From: Dictyostelium discoideum
Taxonomy: Eukaryota
DNA: 64,000 nucleotides
Direction: 5' to 3'
Assembly (NCBI GenBank): GCA_000004695.1
Contig: CM000151.3
Location: forward strand, 1,440,001-1,504,000
Below, piece after piece: positions 27,056-44,660 of this stretch (position 1 is the first letter of the stretch; each line of letters starts with the position of its first letter). Under the pieces are notes generated by a model, which saw nothing but the letters and a program-made list of their open reading frames with translations, was not told the origin of the DNA and did no database searches. A program made the translations under genes and the position numbers.

Positions 27056-28117
27056 TTAAAGTAAACCAAGTTGTTTGATATATTGGAATTGCTCAGGAAT
27101 TTCTTGAAGAGCGGCAACTGCAAAATCAACTTCTCTATTTTCAGCTTTTGCCATTGTTGTGTGGAATGGTACAAATTGGAAATTATCAAATTGTCTTTCT
27201 GGTAAATCATCATCAAATTTCTCCCTATTTAATAATAAATAAATAAATAAATAAATAAGAGTTAGTGAAAAACAAAGATATACAATTAATAGTTTTCTTT
27301 TTTTAAAAAAAAAAACTTACATTGTATCCCAAGGACCATCACCAACACCAATACAAATGATTGAAATTGGATATTTTGAAGCTTCTTCAATAGCTTTAAT
27401 GGTTTCATTTACAACGGATACTTCACCATCAGCAATGATTACTAAAATATGATATGCCTTTGCTGCAGCGGTAATATTTATTGTTTCTCTAATGATTGGC
27501 GCAAATGAAGTTGGACCTGATAGAGAAACCAATGGAGTGATTTCATTATATTTTTGTAAAACTTCATTGAAACCAAAACAAGGTCTTTCGGTTGTAAAAG
27601 AGAATACACTCTTATCGGTAGTTCTTGAATCACCAAAACCATAGGTTGGTAATAAATTATCATCATCAAATACTGATAATGTTTTGCCAATAATTTCAAT
27701 TGCTTCTTGGTATGGATTTAACATACCTGGTTGAATATCATGTAAACATTTACCTCCAAATGTTTTTTTACCATTCCATGTATTACTTTTTGTCTAAATT
27801 TTTTCAAAATAAATAAAATAAAATCAATTGAATAATTAATAATCTATTATTATTATTATTATCTATTATTATTATTATTATTATTTTTATTGCACCCTAC
27901 TTACATAATCAATTCCAATGATTAAATTTGATGATTCTAAACCAGCAGTACGTAAAGCATCTTGTACTTCTTGTAAGGATTGGAATTTATCTTTAATTGG
28001 TTGGAATTTAACTTTATTTTCTAATGGTTTCTTACCGTTGTAGCCACCTCCGCCACCACTTCCACCACCACCACCATGTCCCATTGTTCCTTGATGTTTT
28101 GATCCTCCGCAACCCAT
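27056..28117 (-). CDS. Copine-A/vWA domain protein of about 284 aa. It has a probable N-myristoylation motif MGCGGS and a Gly-rich N-terminus, with no C2 domains. Minus-strand exons: 27905..28117, 27321..27793 and 27056..27224.
   Basis: Exon 1 reads MGCGGSKHQG...SSNLIIGIDY and ends at donor GTAAGT. Exon 2 reads TKSNTWNGKKTFGGKCLHDIQPGMLNPYQEAIEIIGKTLSVFDDDNLLPTYGFGD...ILVIIADGEV...ICIGVGDGPWDT(M), which is the copine A-domain signature (cf. LIVGIDFTKSNEWTGK...GFGD...DG). It ends in phase 2 at GTAAGT. Exon 3 reads EKFDDDLPERQFDNFQFVPFHTTMAKAENREVDFAVAALQEIPEQFQYIKQLGLL*. Confidence 0.7.
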
Positions 28118-28169
28118 TTATTTATTTATATGTGTAAGTGTTTTAAAAGAGAATAAAAAAATAATATTT

Positions 28170-28209
<40 letters not shown>

Positions 28210-29032
28210 TATGATACTGTGAGAAATAATAATTTTTGAAATAAAGAAATTATTATTGTTATTATTTTATTAGAAATAAAAAATTTTGTTTTTTTTTTTT
28301 TTTTGTGTTTTTGTAATTATTAAGTATTCGTTGTTAATATTAATTTGAATTGAATTGAAAAAAAAAAAAAATTTAAAAATAAACAAACCCTTTTAAATTT
28401 TAATTTAGCTACCACAACGGAAAAAAAAAAAAAAAAAAAAAAAATTAAAATAAAATAAATTCAAAAAATTAAAAAATAAAAAAAAAAAAAAAAAAAAAAA
28501 TAAATAAAATTTCAAAGAATAGACGAAGTGTTTTTTTGAGTGTTAAACTGGTTATTAATTATCATGATTGTTTTTGTTAAAATAATTAGAATAATATTTA
28601 AGTATGAGCGACATAGTGGAATTCATATGGTAGTTCTGATGGGGAAACAAGAGAAAAAAAACAGAATGATTATTAAAAAAAAATAAAAAAAATAAAAAAA
28701 AATAAAAAAAATAAAATATCTTTTTTATAATTTTATACTCAACAAAAAAATTATTAATAAAATAAAATAACAAAAAAAAAAAAAAAAAAAAAATATAATA
28801 ACTGCAATTAATTTCTTTATACTTGATTAAATTTGTAGAGTGTTTATATTTTTATTTTTATTTTTAATTTTTTTTTTTTTAAAATACATATTTAAAAATA
28901 ATAATAATAATAATAATTCACACCCCCAAAATATATATTTTTTTTTTTATTTTTTTTTTTTTTTTTTTTTTTTTTGGATAGGGATAAATCTTATTTTTAT
29001 TTTTTTATTATTATTATTATTAATATGAAGAT

Positions 29033-29782
29033 ATGAATAAAATTTATTTTTGTACAAGTATTTTCAAAATATTATTAAGTTTAATAGTTTTGGGAATTTT
29101 TATTACCCTAATTAATATAGATAGCAATAATGAAATTTTAATTATAACAACAAAAACATATACACATTCAATTGATATAAATGGTAGTGAAATTGGAAAT
29201 AGAGATTATAAAGAAATAAAATACCATATATCATTAAAACATACAGATATTATAATTAAAGAAAATAATAATGATAATTATAATAATAATAAAAATATTG
29301 AAATAATAAAAATAAATAGATATTTATATAAAAATGAAATTAATAAAGAAAATTATTTAGAAATTAGTAATCATTTTTCAAAGATTGAAAATTTATTATA
29401 CTCTTTTTTAATATTTATATTTACAGAATTTATAATAATTTTAATATTATTTTTAATACCAATAAAATCAAAAATGAAAAATCAACCAAAAATTATATAT
29501 AAAATAAAAATAATAATTTATACATTTTTAATTATACTTTTCTTACCTTTATTTATTATAATGATGGATTTAGTATCAAAAGATCTTAAACAAATTTTAT
29601 TATCAATACCAATTTTAAAACCAATTTGTTTAGATTCAAAAAGCAATGAAATTGGATTTTGTAAAGAATATTATTTAGGAATTTATAAAATTGAAAATGA
29701 AACTTTAAAAGAATATGATTCAATTAATAAAAATTTAAAAACTGGTTTTGTATGTTATTTATTATTTTTTTTTTTCTAAACA

Positions 29783-29821
<39 letters not shown>

Positions 29822-30032
29822 GAAAATATATATAATCATGTCAATTTATTTATTAATTTTTTAAAATTTATAGGAGTCCTATGAATGGGAAAATGGGCCA
29901 TTATATGAAAAGTTAATATCCATTTTAATTCAAGTTATAATATTATATATAGCAATAGTATCTTTAATAGTTTTCGAATATGGAAATAAAAGAATTAAAA
30001 AATCCAATAACCCATACACTTTTAGAAATTAA
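29033..30032 (+). CDS. Hypothetical multi-pass membrane protein with a probable second exon (29033..29749 and 29874..30032). It is paralogous to the downstream gene.
   Basis: The product has an N-terminal hydrophobic segment (MNKIYFCTSIFKILLSLIVLGIFITLI) and a CLDSKSNEIGFC motif. The donor is GTATGT at 29750 and the acceptor is tag at 29871-73. Exon 2 reads ESYEWENGPLYEKLISILIQVIILYIAIVSLIVFEYGNKRIKKSNNPYTFRN*. Confidence 0.4.
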
Positions 30033-30683
30033 ATAAATAATAATTGATATTATTTTTTTTATTATAATAGTAATTTGTTTTCGGAGTCAAAAAAAAAAAA
30101 AGAATTTATAAATAAAAACCTCTAAAATCTTTATTTAAGAGAATAAGTAAATAAAAGGTGAAAATACAAAAAAAAAAAAAAAACAAAACACCCCTCTCAC
30201 CCCCTCCCACACCCCACAATTTTCGAAACTAATAAAACACGTTTATTTTTTTATTACCACCAGATGTATTTATTTTATATTTTTTTATATTATTTTTTTC
30301 ATTATAATAAATGGTTATTGTTAATTATTATTATTATTATTTTTATTTCATATTTTTTAAGTTTAAAAAAAGAATTTTTTTTTTTTTAAAAAAAAAAATA
30401 CTTTAGTTTTAAATTTTAAAACTTAAAAATTTTTTGTTATACATAATAGTATGGGAATTTAAAATCCTGAACTAATTTTTTTTTTTTTAATAGATAAAAG
30501 AAGGAAAAAAAAAAAAGTGATATCATAAACAATTTTTTTTCAAAAGTCTTTTTTTATTCAATTATGTTAAAATACCAAAATTTAAAAATAAATTTTTAAT
30601 TTGTATAAAAATAAAAAATAAAAAAATGGAAAATAAAAAAGGAATAATTTCCAAGATTAATTGTTGCCTACTTTTATTAATCT

Positions 30684-31898
30684 ATGTTGGGAGCATTTAT
30701 TAATATTCAACCAAATAGATTAATTGAAATTCATACAAAGACCTATAAATTTATAAATAATACAAATAATACAAATAATAATAATAATAATAAAACAACT
30801 CATTATAAATTTGAGTTTTCATTTCAACATTTGGATATAATCGATAAAACTAACCCAAATTTAGAAAATAATACATATAATATTGATAGAATAATATATA
30901 AACCTGAAACTGCCTTATATAATTTTTTTAACTATTTCAAATTTTATTATAAAATCTTTATTTCCTTTACAATCACACTTTTTGTTTCAATAATTTTTTC
31001 ATTCTTTTTACCAAATTCCTCAACTTTAAATTTTAATTCAAATAATAATAATAATAATAATATTCAAAAACAACAAAATTCAAGAGAATTAAATGAATTT
31101 TCAATTAATTATAATGATAATAAATTAAATTATAAATTAATAATTTATTTTATAATTATTTTAAATTTTATACCAATTTTAGTATCAATGATATTAATGA
31201 TTTGTTTAGATTTTAAAAAAGCATTAATTTCAGATGTTAATTATTATGAAATTTTAAAAATCCTTTGTATTGATGATAATGGTTCAAGATTTGGGTATTG
31301 TTCAAATTCTAATTTCATAACACAAGATATAATTAAAAGATCAATTTCAAATGAAATTTTAAAACAACATACAATTAATATTGATTCAATTACATATCAA
31401 CATGATTCATTCTGGTGGAGAGATTCTTCAACATTTATTAGAATTACAATTTCATTTATCTTAGTTATTATATTATTATCTGGTTTAATAATTACAATTT
31501 ATACAAATTTAATTGACGATTTAAAAAATCAATATAAAATCAATGAATTATTAAAATTAAAAAATAATCAAAATAAAAGTGATGATAGTAATAATAATAA
31601 TAATCAAGCAAATTCAATTGAAATGAAAGATTTTAATAAAACTATTGAAATTTCAAAAAAACAATCGACTCCAAATTCACCTTCAACTCCATTTGGTAAA
31701 CAATCAATTTATCCATCACTTTCATCAATGGGTTCATTTGATCAAAGTTATTCAAGTGGTTGTGGAAGTAGTGCCAGTGGTAATAGTAGTAGTAAAAATA
31801 TTGCCACATGTAGTAACAATTCAATTCAATCATTGATTAGTGACCATTCCCAGTCACAATTACCTACTTCACCAAACACTTCAACCTCTTCTATATAG
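30684..31898 (+). CDS. Hypothetical membrane protein, 404 aa, paralogous to 29033..30032
   Basis: It shares NIQPNRLIEIHTKTYKFI (against NIDSNNEILIITTKTYTHSI), transmembrane segments, and a CIDDNGSRFGYC motif (against CLDSKSNEIGFC). The C-terminus is Ser/Thr-rich. Confidence 0.45.
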   Translation: MLGAFINIQPNRLIEIHTKTYKFINNTNNTNNNNNNKTTHYKFEFSFQHLDIIDKTNPNLENNTYNIDRIIYKPETALYNFFNYFKFYYKIFISFTITLFVSIIFSFFLPNSSTLNFNSNNNNNNNIQKQQNSRELNEFSINYNDNKLNYKLIIYFIIILNFIPILVSMILMICLDFKKALISDVNYYEILKILCIDDNGSRFGYCSNSNFITQDIIKRSISNEILKQHTINIDSITYQHDSFWWRDSSTFIRITISFILVIILLSGLIITIYTNLIDDLKNQYKINELLKLKNNQNKSDDSNNNNNQANSIEMKDFNKTIEISKKQSTPNSPSTPFGKQSIYPSLSSMGSFDQSYSSGCGSSASGNSSSKNIATCSNNSIQSLISDHSQSQLPTSPNTSTSSI

Positions 31899-31916
31899 TA
31901 GTAATAATTAAGGAAT

Positions 31917-31952
<36 letters not shown>

Positions 31953-32038
31953 TATGTGTGAAATAAAATTGATTTTTTTTTTTATTATTTAGTTTTTTTT
32001 TTTTTTTTTTTAAATCTATGAATTTAGTAATAACAGTA

Positions 32039-34743
<2,705 letters not shown>

Positions 34744-34984
34744 TTTTTTTTTTTTTTTTTTTTTTTAAATTAATATTTATAAAAATATAAATACTATAAA
34801 TACAAAAAAAAAAAAAAAAAAAAAAAATATTTATATAAAAAAAAAAAAAAACAATTCCATTTTTTATGTATAATAGCGAATATGGAGGAAATAAAAAAAA
34901 AAAAAAAAAATTTTTTTTTTTTTGAGGGCGAATTTTGTATTCTCTTAAAAAAGAAAAATTTGAGTGAAAAAAAAAAATCAACCG

Positions 34985-35021
<37 letters not shown>

Positions 35022-35262
35022 ATTCCCAAAATAGTTTTTTTTTTTTTTTTTTTTTAAACATATTTTCAGAGATTTTCCTTTAAATAAAAATATTAAAATA
35101 AAAAAATTAAAATTCTAATAAACAATATACAATTATTCCATTTTTTTAATTTTTTTAAACTTTTTTTTTTTTTTTTTTCTTTTTTGGGAAACGAAATGAA
35201 GAAATTAATAAATCTAATTTTTTCATATTTTTTTTTTTTTTTTTTTGGAATTTTTTAGTTTT

Positions 35263-35304
<42 letters not shown>

Positions 35305-35386
35305 AAAAACCAGTATTTTTTGGGTTTTTAATCATTTATTTTTTTTTTTTAATTAATTTTTTGAATTTTGATTGTGGAATAATAAA

Positions 35387-36202
35387 TTAAGATAAAAATG
35401 ATGGGATGCAATAATAACGTGGACAACCATTTGGTTTTGACGCATATGATTTTAAAGTGTATCCACCAGAACAACCTGGAACAACCAATGGACAAATTCC
35501 TCTATGTACACAACCACTGAATGATAAACAACGAGTTGCAGCGATAGTATAGGTTGGAATTGTACCATTGGCACATCTAACAGCAATTAATTCCTTTGGA
35601 CATAATTTTGGATCAGGTAAACTAATAAACATATAATCTATGGAGACGGTTTTATTTGAATCTATTCTTCCACTAACTGTGAACACAGATTCACCAGTGG
35701 TAACCTTATATTCCAACCAATCCATTGGAACAAACGATACATCTTGTGAGTAACTATTTTCAATTGAGTTTAGTTTCTCTGATTTGTTACTATTTAATTT
35801 CTTAATTTCAATATTTGAATTGGTTTCTTTTGAATCTACAATATAGAAATTATTCAATTCAGAATCGAAATTGAATGGTTTATCTGGCTTTGGTAATAGT
35901 CTAAAGATTTTTGATACTATAATCTCATCTTTTTTAATATCACCTTTTACAACTACCGTATATGATGGTGCAAATTTATATAGTGATTCATCAACTGTTG
36001 ATCCTCCACCCTTCACTGTTTGATTTAATGACTTAACATAAACTTCTGATTTATTTGAACCAACTTCACGAACGAAATAACCACCGCACATAGGATATGC
36101 ACATTTTCTTAAATCAGTTCTAATTGCCCAATATGATTCACTTGCATTTGCAACTAACGAAATTGTTGCAAAAAATACTATTAAACTTAAAATTATCTTC
36201 AT
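35387..36202 (-). CDS. Secreted hypothetical protein, 271 aa, with a signal peptide and a Cys-rich C-terminus
   Basis: MKIILSLIVFFATISLVANA is a signal peptide. The C-terminal segment CPKELIAVRCANG...CLSFSGCVHRGICPLVVPGCSGGYTLKSYASKPNGCPRYYCIP carries 10 Cys. Confidence 0.5.
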   Translation of the reverse strand: MKIILSLIVFFATISLVANASESYWAIRTDLRKCAYPMCGGYFVREVGSNKSEVYVKSLNQTVKGGGSTVDESLYKFAPSYTVVVKGDIKKDEIIVSKIFRLLPKPDKPFNFDSELNNFYIVDSKETNSNIEIKKLNSNKSEKLNSIENSYSQDVSFVPMDWLEYKVTTGESVFTVSGRIDSNKTVSIDYMFISLPDPKLCPKELIAVRCANGTIPTYTIAATRCLSFSGCVHRGICPLVVPGCSGGYTLKSYASKPNGCPRYYCIPSFLS

Positions 36203-37293
36203 TTTTTTTTTTTTATTATTATTTATTATTTAGCAAATAAAAAAAATAAAAAAAATTAATTATTTATACAATTTTTTTTTCTAAATATTTTTAAAATTAA
36301 AAATTAAAAAAATTAAAAAAAAAATAATTATTTTAATATATTAATTATTATATTAAATAAAGATTATTTATTTGAATTGGATGGTGATAAAAAAAAAAAA
36401 AAAAAAACATATTATTTTTTTTTTTATTTTTTTTTTAATAATTTTTATATTGGATAATTGCTCAGATCTAGTAAATGTGAATAACAATATTGTGTTACTT
36501 AAAAAAGTTGGTTATGATTAACCAAAAATTAAAAAGTAATCAAATAAAAATAAAAATAAAAAATAAAAAAAAAACAAAGAAATATTAAAAAAAAAAAAAA
36601 GTGTTTAATTTTTTTCCATTCTCAGTTAAAAGTATAATATGACTTTCCTACTTCATTTTAATAATTATCAAGTACTGAATCTCTCAAAACAAATTCAAAT
36701 AATTACTATTTATTTTTTAATAATTTAAAAAATAAAAAGAAAAAAAAAATTATATTAAATAAAATTAAACTAATATAATAATAATAAAATAATTAATTAA
36801 TTCAAATTATTTTTTTCTTTTTTTAAATAAATTTTTTTTTTTGTGAATAAAAAAAAAAATTTTTATTTTAATTAACAAAACTATAATAAATAAGATCTTA
36901 CAAAAACTATAATAAATAAAAAAATATATAATAAAAAAAATCAATACTTTGAGTTGATTAAAATAAATTATTCTTACCAAACAAAGTTAATTTAGTGAAT
37001 TCAATTTTTTGAGTCGATAAAGAGACTTGATTTATACCTTTATTTAATTTATTTAATTTTATTTTTTTTTTTAATTTAAATTTTATTTTTAATTTTTATT
37101 TTTTTCAAATTATTTTTTTTTTTTTTTTTTTTTTTAATTAAAACAACCACACTTGCGTGGTGGAATTTTATTGTAATTTATTAAAAAAAAAAAATAAAAA
37201 TAAAAAATCATACAAATACAAAATTTATATATATATATAATATTTTTAAATAATTATATTTTTTTTTTAAAATTTAAAATTAAAAAATTAAAA

Positions 37294-39498
<2,205 letters not shown>

Positions 39499-39555
39499 AA
39501 AAAATAACAAAAAAATGTGATAAATAAATTAAAAAAAAAGATTAATTTGTTTATT

Positions 39556-40371
39556 TTAAAATAATATTGAAATTATTAAAATTAATAAAAATGATGATGA
39601 TAATAATAATGATGATGAAGAATTTGGAGAATAATATGAATCATTATCATAACAATTTAATTTATATGATGGATTATCTGAACATAATAATTTAATTGTA
39701 TTAATTAAACCATCTTGATAACAATCACCATTTGAATAGGTTGAAACTGATGGAAAATATGGGTCACCAGAGAATAGTATTGAATCAAATGGACAATCAG
39801 GGTTTGTAATATATGAGCATTTATTAAGTTGACTTGTCACATTCACACATTTATTAAATGAATATTTAAAAAAGGTATCTGTATTTATATTTGATTGACA
39901 TGTTACATTCAATTGATTGAATTGTTGCCATAACCCATTCGAATTTTCATTACTACAATTAAATTGTGATGATAGTGTTGGCACAATTGTCATATCTTCA
40001 CAACCTGCTTTTTGATTTGAACTTGGTAAATCATAAATATCAATTTGGTACATGTATCCTGTTGGGGTTGATGCTGCTTTTGTTTGATTAATATTTATAA
40101 AACTATTCTCTATGCAATCATCATCAATATAAACACATGTTTCTAATTGAAAATTATAAATTCTACCAGTACATGATTGATCGAAACTTTGGATCTTTGG
40201 AATTGGTGATGATAATAATAAATTTGTTGCTAAATGTATAAATTGAATACTAAATGTAGTTTCTGTTTGTATTTCAATAGTTCTATTTGGTGCTGAATAT
40301 CCAAAACTTGATGAAATAAAAATACTTTGTGTAAAAATAATTAAAAAAAGAATATTTAAAATTTTACCCAT
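39556..40371 (-). CDS. Secreted, probably GPI-anchored Cys-rich hypothetical protein, 271 aa
   Basis: It has a signal peptide (MGKILNILFLIIFTQSIFISSS), many Cys and N-glycosylation sites, and a hydrophobic C-terminus (SSSLLLSSSFLLILIISILF). Confidence 0.5.
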   Translation of the reverse strand: MGKILNILFLIIFTQSIFISSSFGYSAPNRTIEIQTETTFSIQFIHLATNLLLSSPIPKIQSFDQSCTGRIYNFQLETCVYIDDDCIENSFININQTKAASTPTGYMYQIDIYDLPSSNQKAGCEDMTIVPTLSSQFNCSNENSNGLWQQFNQLNVTCQSNINTDTFFKYSFNKCVNVTSQLNKCSYITNPDCPFDSILFSGDPYFPSVSTYSNGDCYQDGLINTIKLLCSDNPSYKLNCYDNDSYYSPNSSSSLLLSSSFLLILIISILF

Positions 40372-40926
40372 GTTTATTTTTTTTTTTTTTTATTTATCTT
40401 TATTTCTTTTTTTTTTTTTTTAATTTCACAAAAACTTTTTTTTTTTTTTTTTTTTTTTGGCACCAAGACAAAAAATTGGAAAAAAAAAAAAAAAAAATGG
40501 TTTTTTGTGTTTTGAAAACTCGTTGATTTTAAAATTTAAAACAGTTTTCAAAAGGTTTGGGTTTTTTTTTTTTTTTTTTTTATTTTATTTTATTTTATAT
40601 TATTTTTTATTAATTTAAATAAATTTGTTTTGTTTTCAAATTTGATATGGAAATAAATTAAAAAAAATAAAACAAAAAAAAATTACACCATTTTTTTTCA
40701 TTTTAATTATTTAATTATTTTTTTTATTTATTTATTATATGAATTTAGTATACAAAAAATAGAGAACCTAAAAATACACAAAATGAAATAAAAAATAAAA
40801 AAAAATCAATATAAATAAAAAATTAAAAAAATAAAAAATCTCACACCATTTTTTTCATTTTTTTTTTTTTTTTTTTTTGTTTAATTTTATTTTCAGTTTT
40901 TTTAAAACAATAATAATAATATATCA

Positions 40927-41670
40927 ATGAATAAAGTTAATATATTAAAATCTTTAATTTCAGTTAATACTAAATTAAATAATTTAAATAATTATTATTC
41001 TAGTAAACTTTTATCACCATCATCATTGTTATTATCATCATCATCATCATCATCGTCATCAAAATTTTATTATATTCAAAGAAACTACAGTGATACACAT
41101 AAAGATAAAAAAGAAAAGTATTATAATAATAATAATAATAATAATGAACCCCCTCCACCAAAGATTATAGTACCAAAAGAAAAATTAAATCTTCAATTTT
41201 CAAGATCAAGTGGTGCTGGTGGTCAAAATGTTAATAAAGTAAATACAAAAGTCGAAGTCAGATTCGACCTAAATAAAGCAGATTGGATACCGCCCTATGT
41301 AAAAGTTAATATGAGAGTATGTATTTTAATAATAATTTAAAAAAAAAAAAAAAAAAAAAAATTTATTTATAATATTAATTTTATTCTGTGATAATATTAC
41401 CACCAATTGAAGAGATTTTATAAAAAGAATGTAAATGATGATGATGAATTTATAATAACATCAAGTAAACATAGATATCAACATTTGAATATAAATGATG
41501 CAATGGATAAGTTGGACGATATATTAAAAGATTGTCAAATAATTGAAAAGGAAAGAATTGCAACTGAAATTCCATCCTATGCAAATGAAAGACGTTTACA
41601 TGATAAATCAATTAAAAAAGAAATAAAACAATCAAGAAAAAAGCCATCATTTGGTAGTTATTTTGATTAA
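40927..41670 (+). CDS. Mitochondrial peptidyl-tRNA hydrolase of the ICT1/MRPL58 type with an RF-1 GGQ domain, about 215 aa. Two exons: 40927..41316 and 41413..41670.
   Basis: The GGQ motif reads [39 protein letters not shown], against ICT1 [34 protein letters not shown]. The donor is GTATGT at 41317 and the acceptor is aag at 41410-12. Exon 2 reads RFYKKNVNDDDEFIITSSKHRYQHLNINDAMDKLDDIL..., against ICT1 [32 protein letters not shown]. The N-terminus is Ser-rich and looks like a mitochondrial presequence. Confidence 0.7.
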
Positions 41671-41910
41671 GAAACAAACAAAAAGAAAATAAAAACAAAT
41701 AAACAACTAAACAAAAGAAATAGTCAAATAATTATTATTATTATTTTTTTTTTTTTTTTTTTTTTAATTTATTTAATTTATACAACCATTCTCTTGTTTC
41801 TCCTTTCTATCTATCTATTTGTCTTTAAAAAGTTTATTATATATTTTTATCATTCTTTTTTGATTTTTTGATTTTCTTTTTTTTTTTTGACTTTCTTTTT
41901 TTTTTTTTTT

Positions 41911-42437
41911 TTAAAGACCTCTACCTTTGGTCATTTCCATAATTTTATTGTGAGTTTTAATATTTTGTCTTGAAATTTGTTTATAATAACGTTGACCATC
42001 TTCTGGTGATAATAATTTTACTGGTTGATCATATGGTAATTGATCTTCAATTTCAAATAACCAATCTGGGTATTTTGAATTCTCATCTGGTAATTTGGTT
42101 TTAAAAATAGTTGGTGATAATTTTTCTAATTTTAATGGAAGATTACCTCTATCTATATTATTTATTATTTATTATTATTTATTATTATTTATTATGTTTA
42201 ACCAACCAAACATAAATTTAATAAAAATAAAATAAAAAAAAAAAAAACATGTAAGTTTTTTATGCTGATAAAAAGTGAAATATTGATCATTATTAATAAA
42301 TATTGCTTACCAAATCTTTTCTTTTTTGCTGCACCTGGTTTCTTTTTACCACCAGCGGCGGCCTTTCCTTTTGGTTCTGCTCTTGCTATGAAGTTTGCTA
42401 CACCAAAAATAGATTTACGTGTAATAAGTGAGAACAT
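41911..42437 (-). CDS. Probable mitochondrial ribosomal protein L54-like, about 122 aa. Minus-strand exons: 42311..42437 and 41911..42152.
   Basis: Exon 1 reads MFSLITRKSIFGVANFIARAEPKGKAAAGGKKKPGAAKKKRF(G), with donor GTAAGC in phase 1. Exon 2 reads DRGNLPLKLEKLSPTIFKTKLPDENSKYPDWLFEIEDQLPYDQPVKLLSPEDGQRYYKQISRQNIKTHNKIMEMTKGRGL*. The basic Gly/Lys stretch and the YP(D/E)WLF motif resemble MRPL54. This assignment is tentative. Confidence 0.45.
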
Positions 42438-42651
42438 TGTTTATATATATAAATTAATCTGAAAAATAAAAAAATTGTAAAAAAAAAAAAAAAAAAATGA
42501 AAAACGAAAAAAAAAAAATTAAAAAAAATAAAAAAATGAAAATAAAACAAAAAAAATGAAAATGAATAAAACCAAAGAAAATCAAAGAAAAAAAAAGAAA
42601 TTTTATTTTTATATTTGGTTTATTATTAATATTATTATTATCACTTTAAAT

Positions 42652-42685
<34 letters not shown>

Positions 42686-43406
42686 CCCATTTTTGGATTT
42701 TTATTTTGTTTATTATTATTTTTAATTAAAAAAAAAAAAAAAAAAAAAAGACATTCCAAATAAAAGGCAATGACCACCTCGAAAAAGACAAACTAGGAAA
42801 TAGAAATTTTCATTTTTTTTTTTTTTTTTTTTTTTTTTATTTTTTTCCAATACCCCAAACGGAATTAAAAATAAAAATTAAAAAAAAAAAAACAAATAAA
42901 ATAAGATAAATATTTTTTTTAAAAATTAAACACGTTGTTTTAATTCTTTTAAAAGAATATCTTGAACAATTTTGATTTTTTTATTTTTAAATTTTTTTTT
43001 TTTTTTATTTTTATTTTTTTTTTTTTTTATTTTAAAATTTTTTTTTATTATTTTTTTTTATTATTATTTTTTTTTTTCTTATCTTTATTACCAAATAAAA
43101 ATTTTAATATAATAAAGAATAAATAAAGGAAATAAAAAAAAATTAATAATAAATCAAAAAAAATAAAAAAATAATTAATTAATAAACAAAAAAATAAAAA
43201 AAATAAATAAAAATATAAAAATAAAAAAAAATAAAATAAAAATAAATAAATAAAAAAAAAAAAAAAAAAAAAATCAAAAAAAAATTTAAAATTTAATTTT
43301 TTTTTTTTTTTTTTTTTTTCGATTTTTTAAAATTTCTAAAATAAATACAAAATTAAAAAAAATATAAATAAAAACCTAATAGTATTAATAAATAATAATA
43401 AATAAA

Positions 43407-44594
<1,188 letters not shown>

Positions 44595-44626
44595 TTTTTT
44601 AATTTTTTTTTTTTAGGAAATTTTTT

Positions 44627-44660
<34 letters not shown>

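Noticed and set aside
34744-35029. N-terminal roughly 95 residues of the 996-aa minus-strand six-frame ORF (MGINFFFFF...)
   Set aside because: This is poly-Phe/Lys translation of poly(A/T) 5' flanking DNA. The real start is the downstream Met (MFSKFSIKENKPKK) at 34743.
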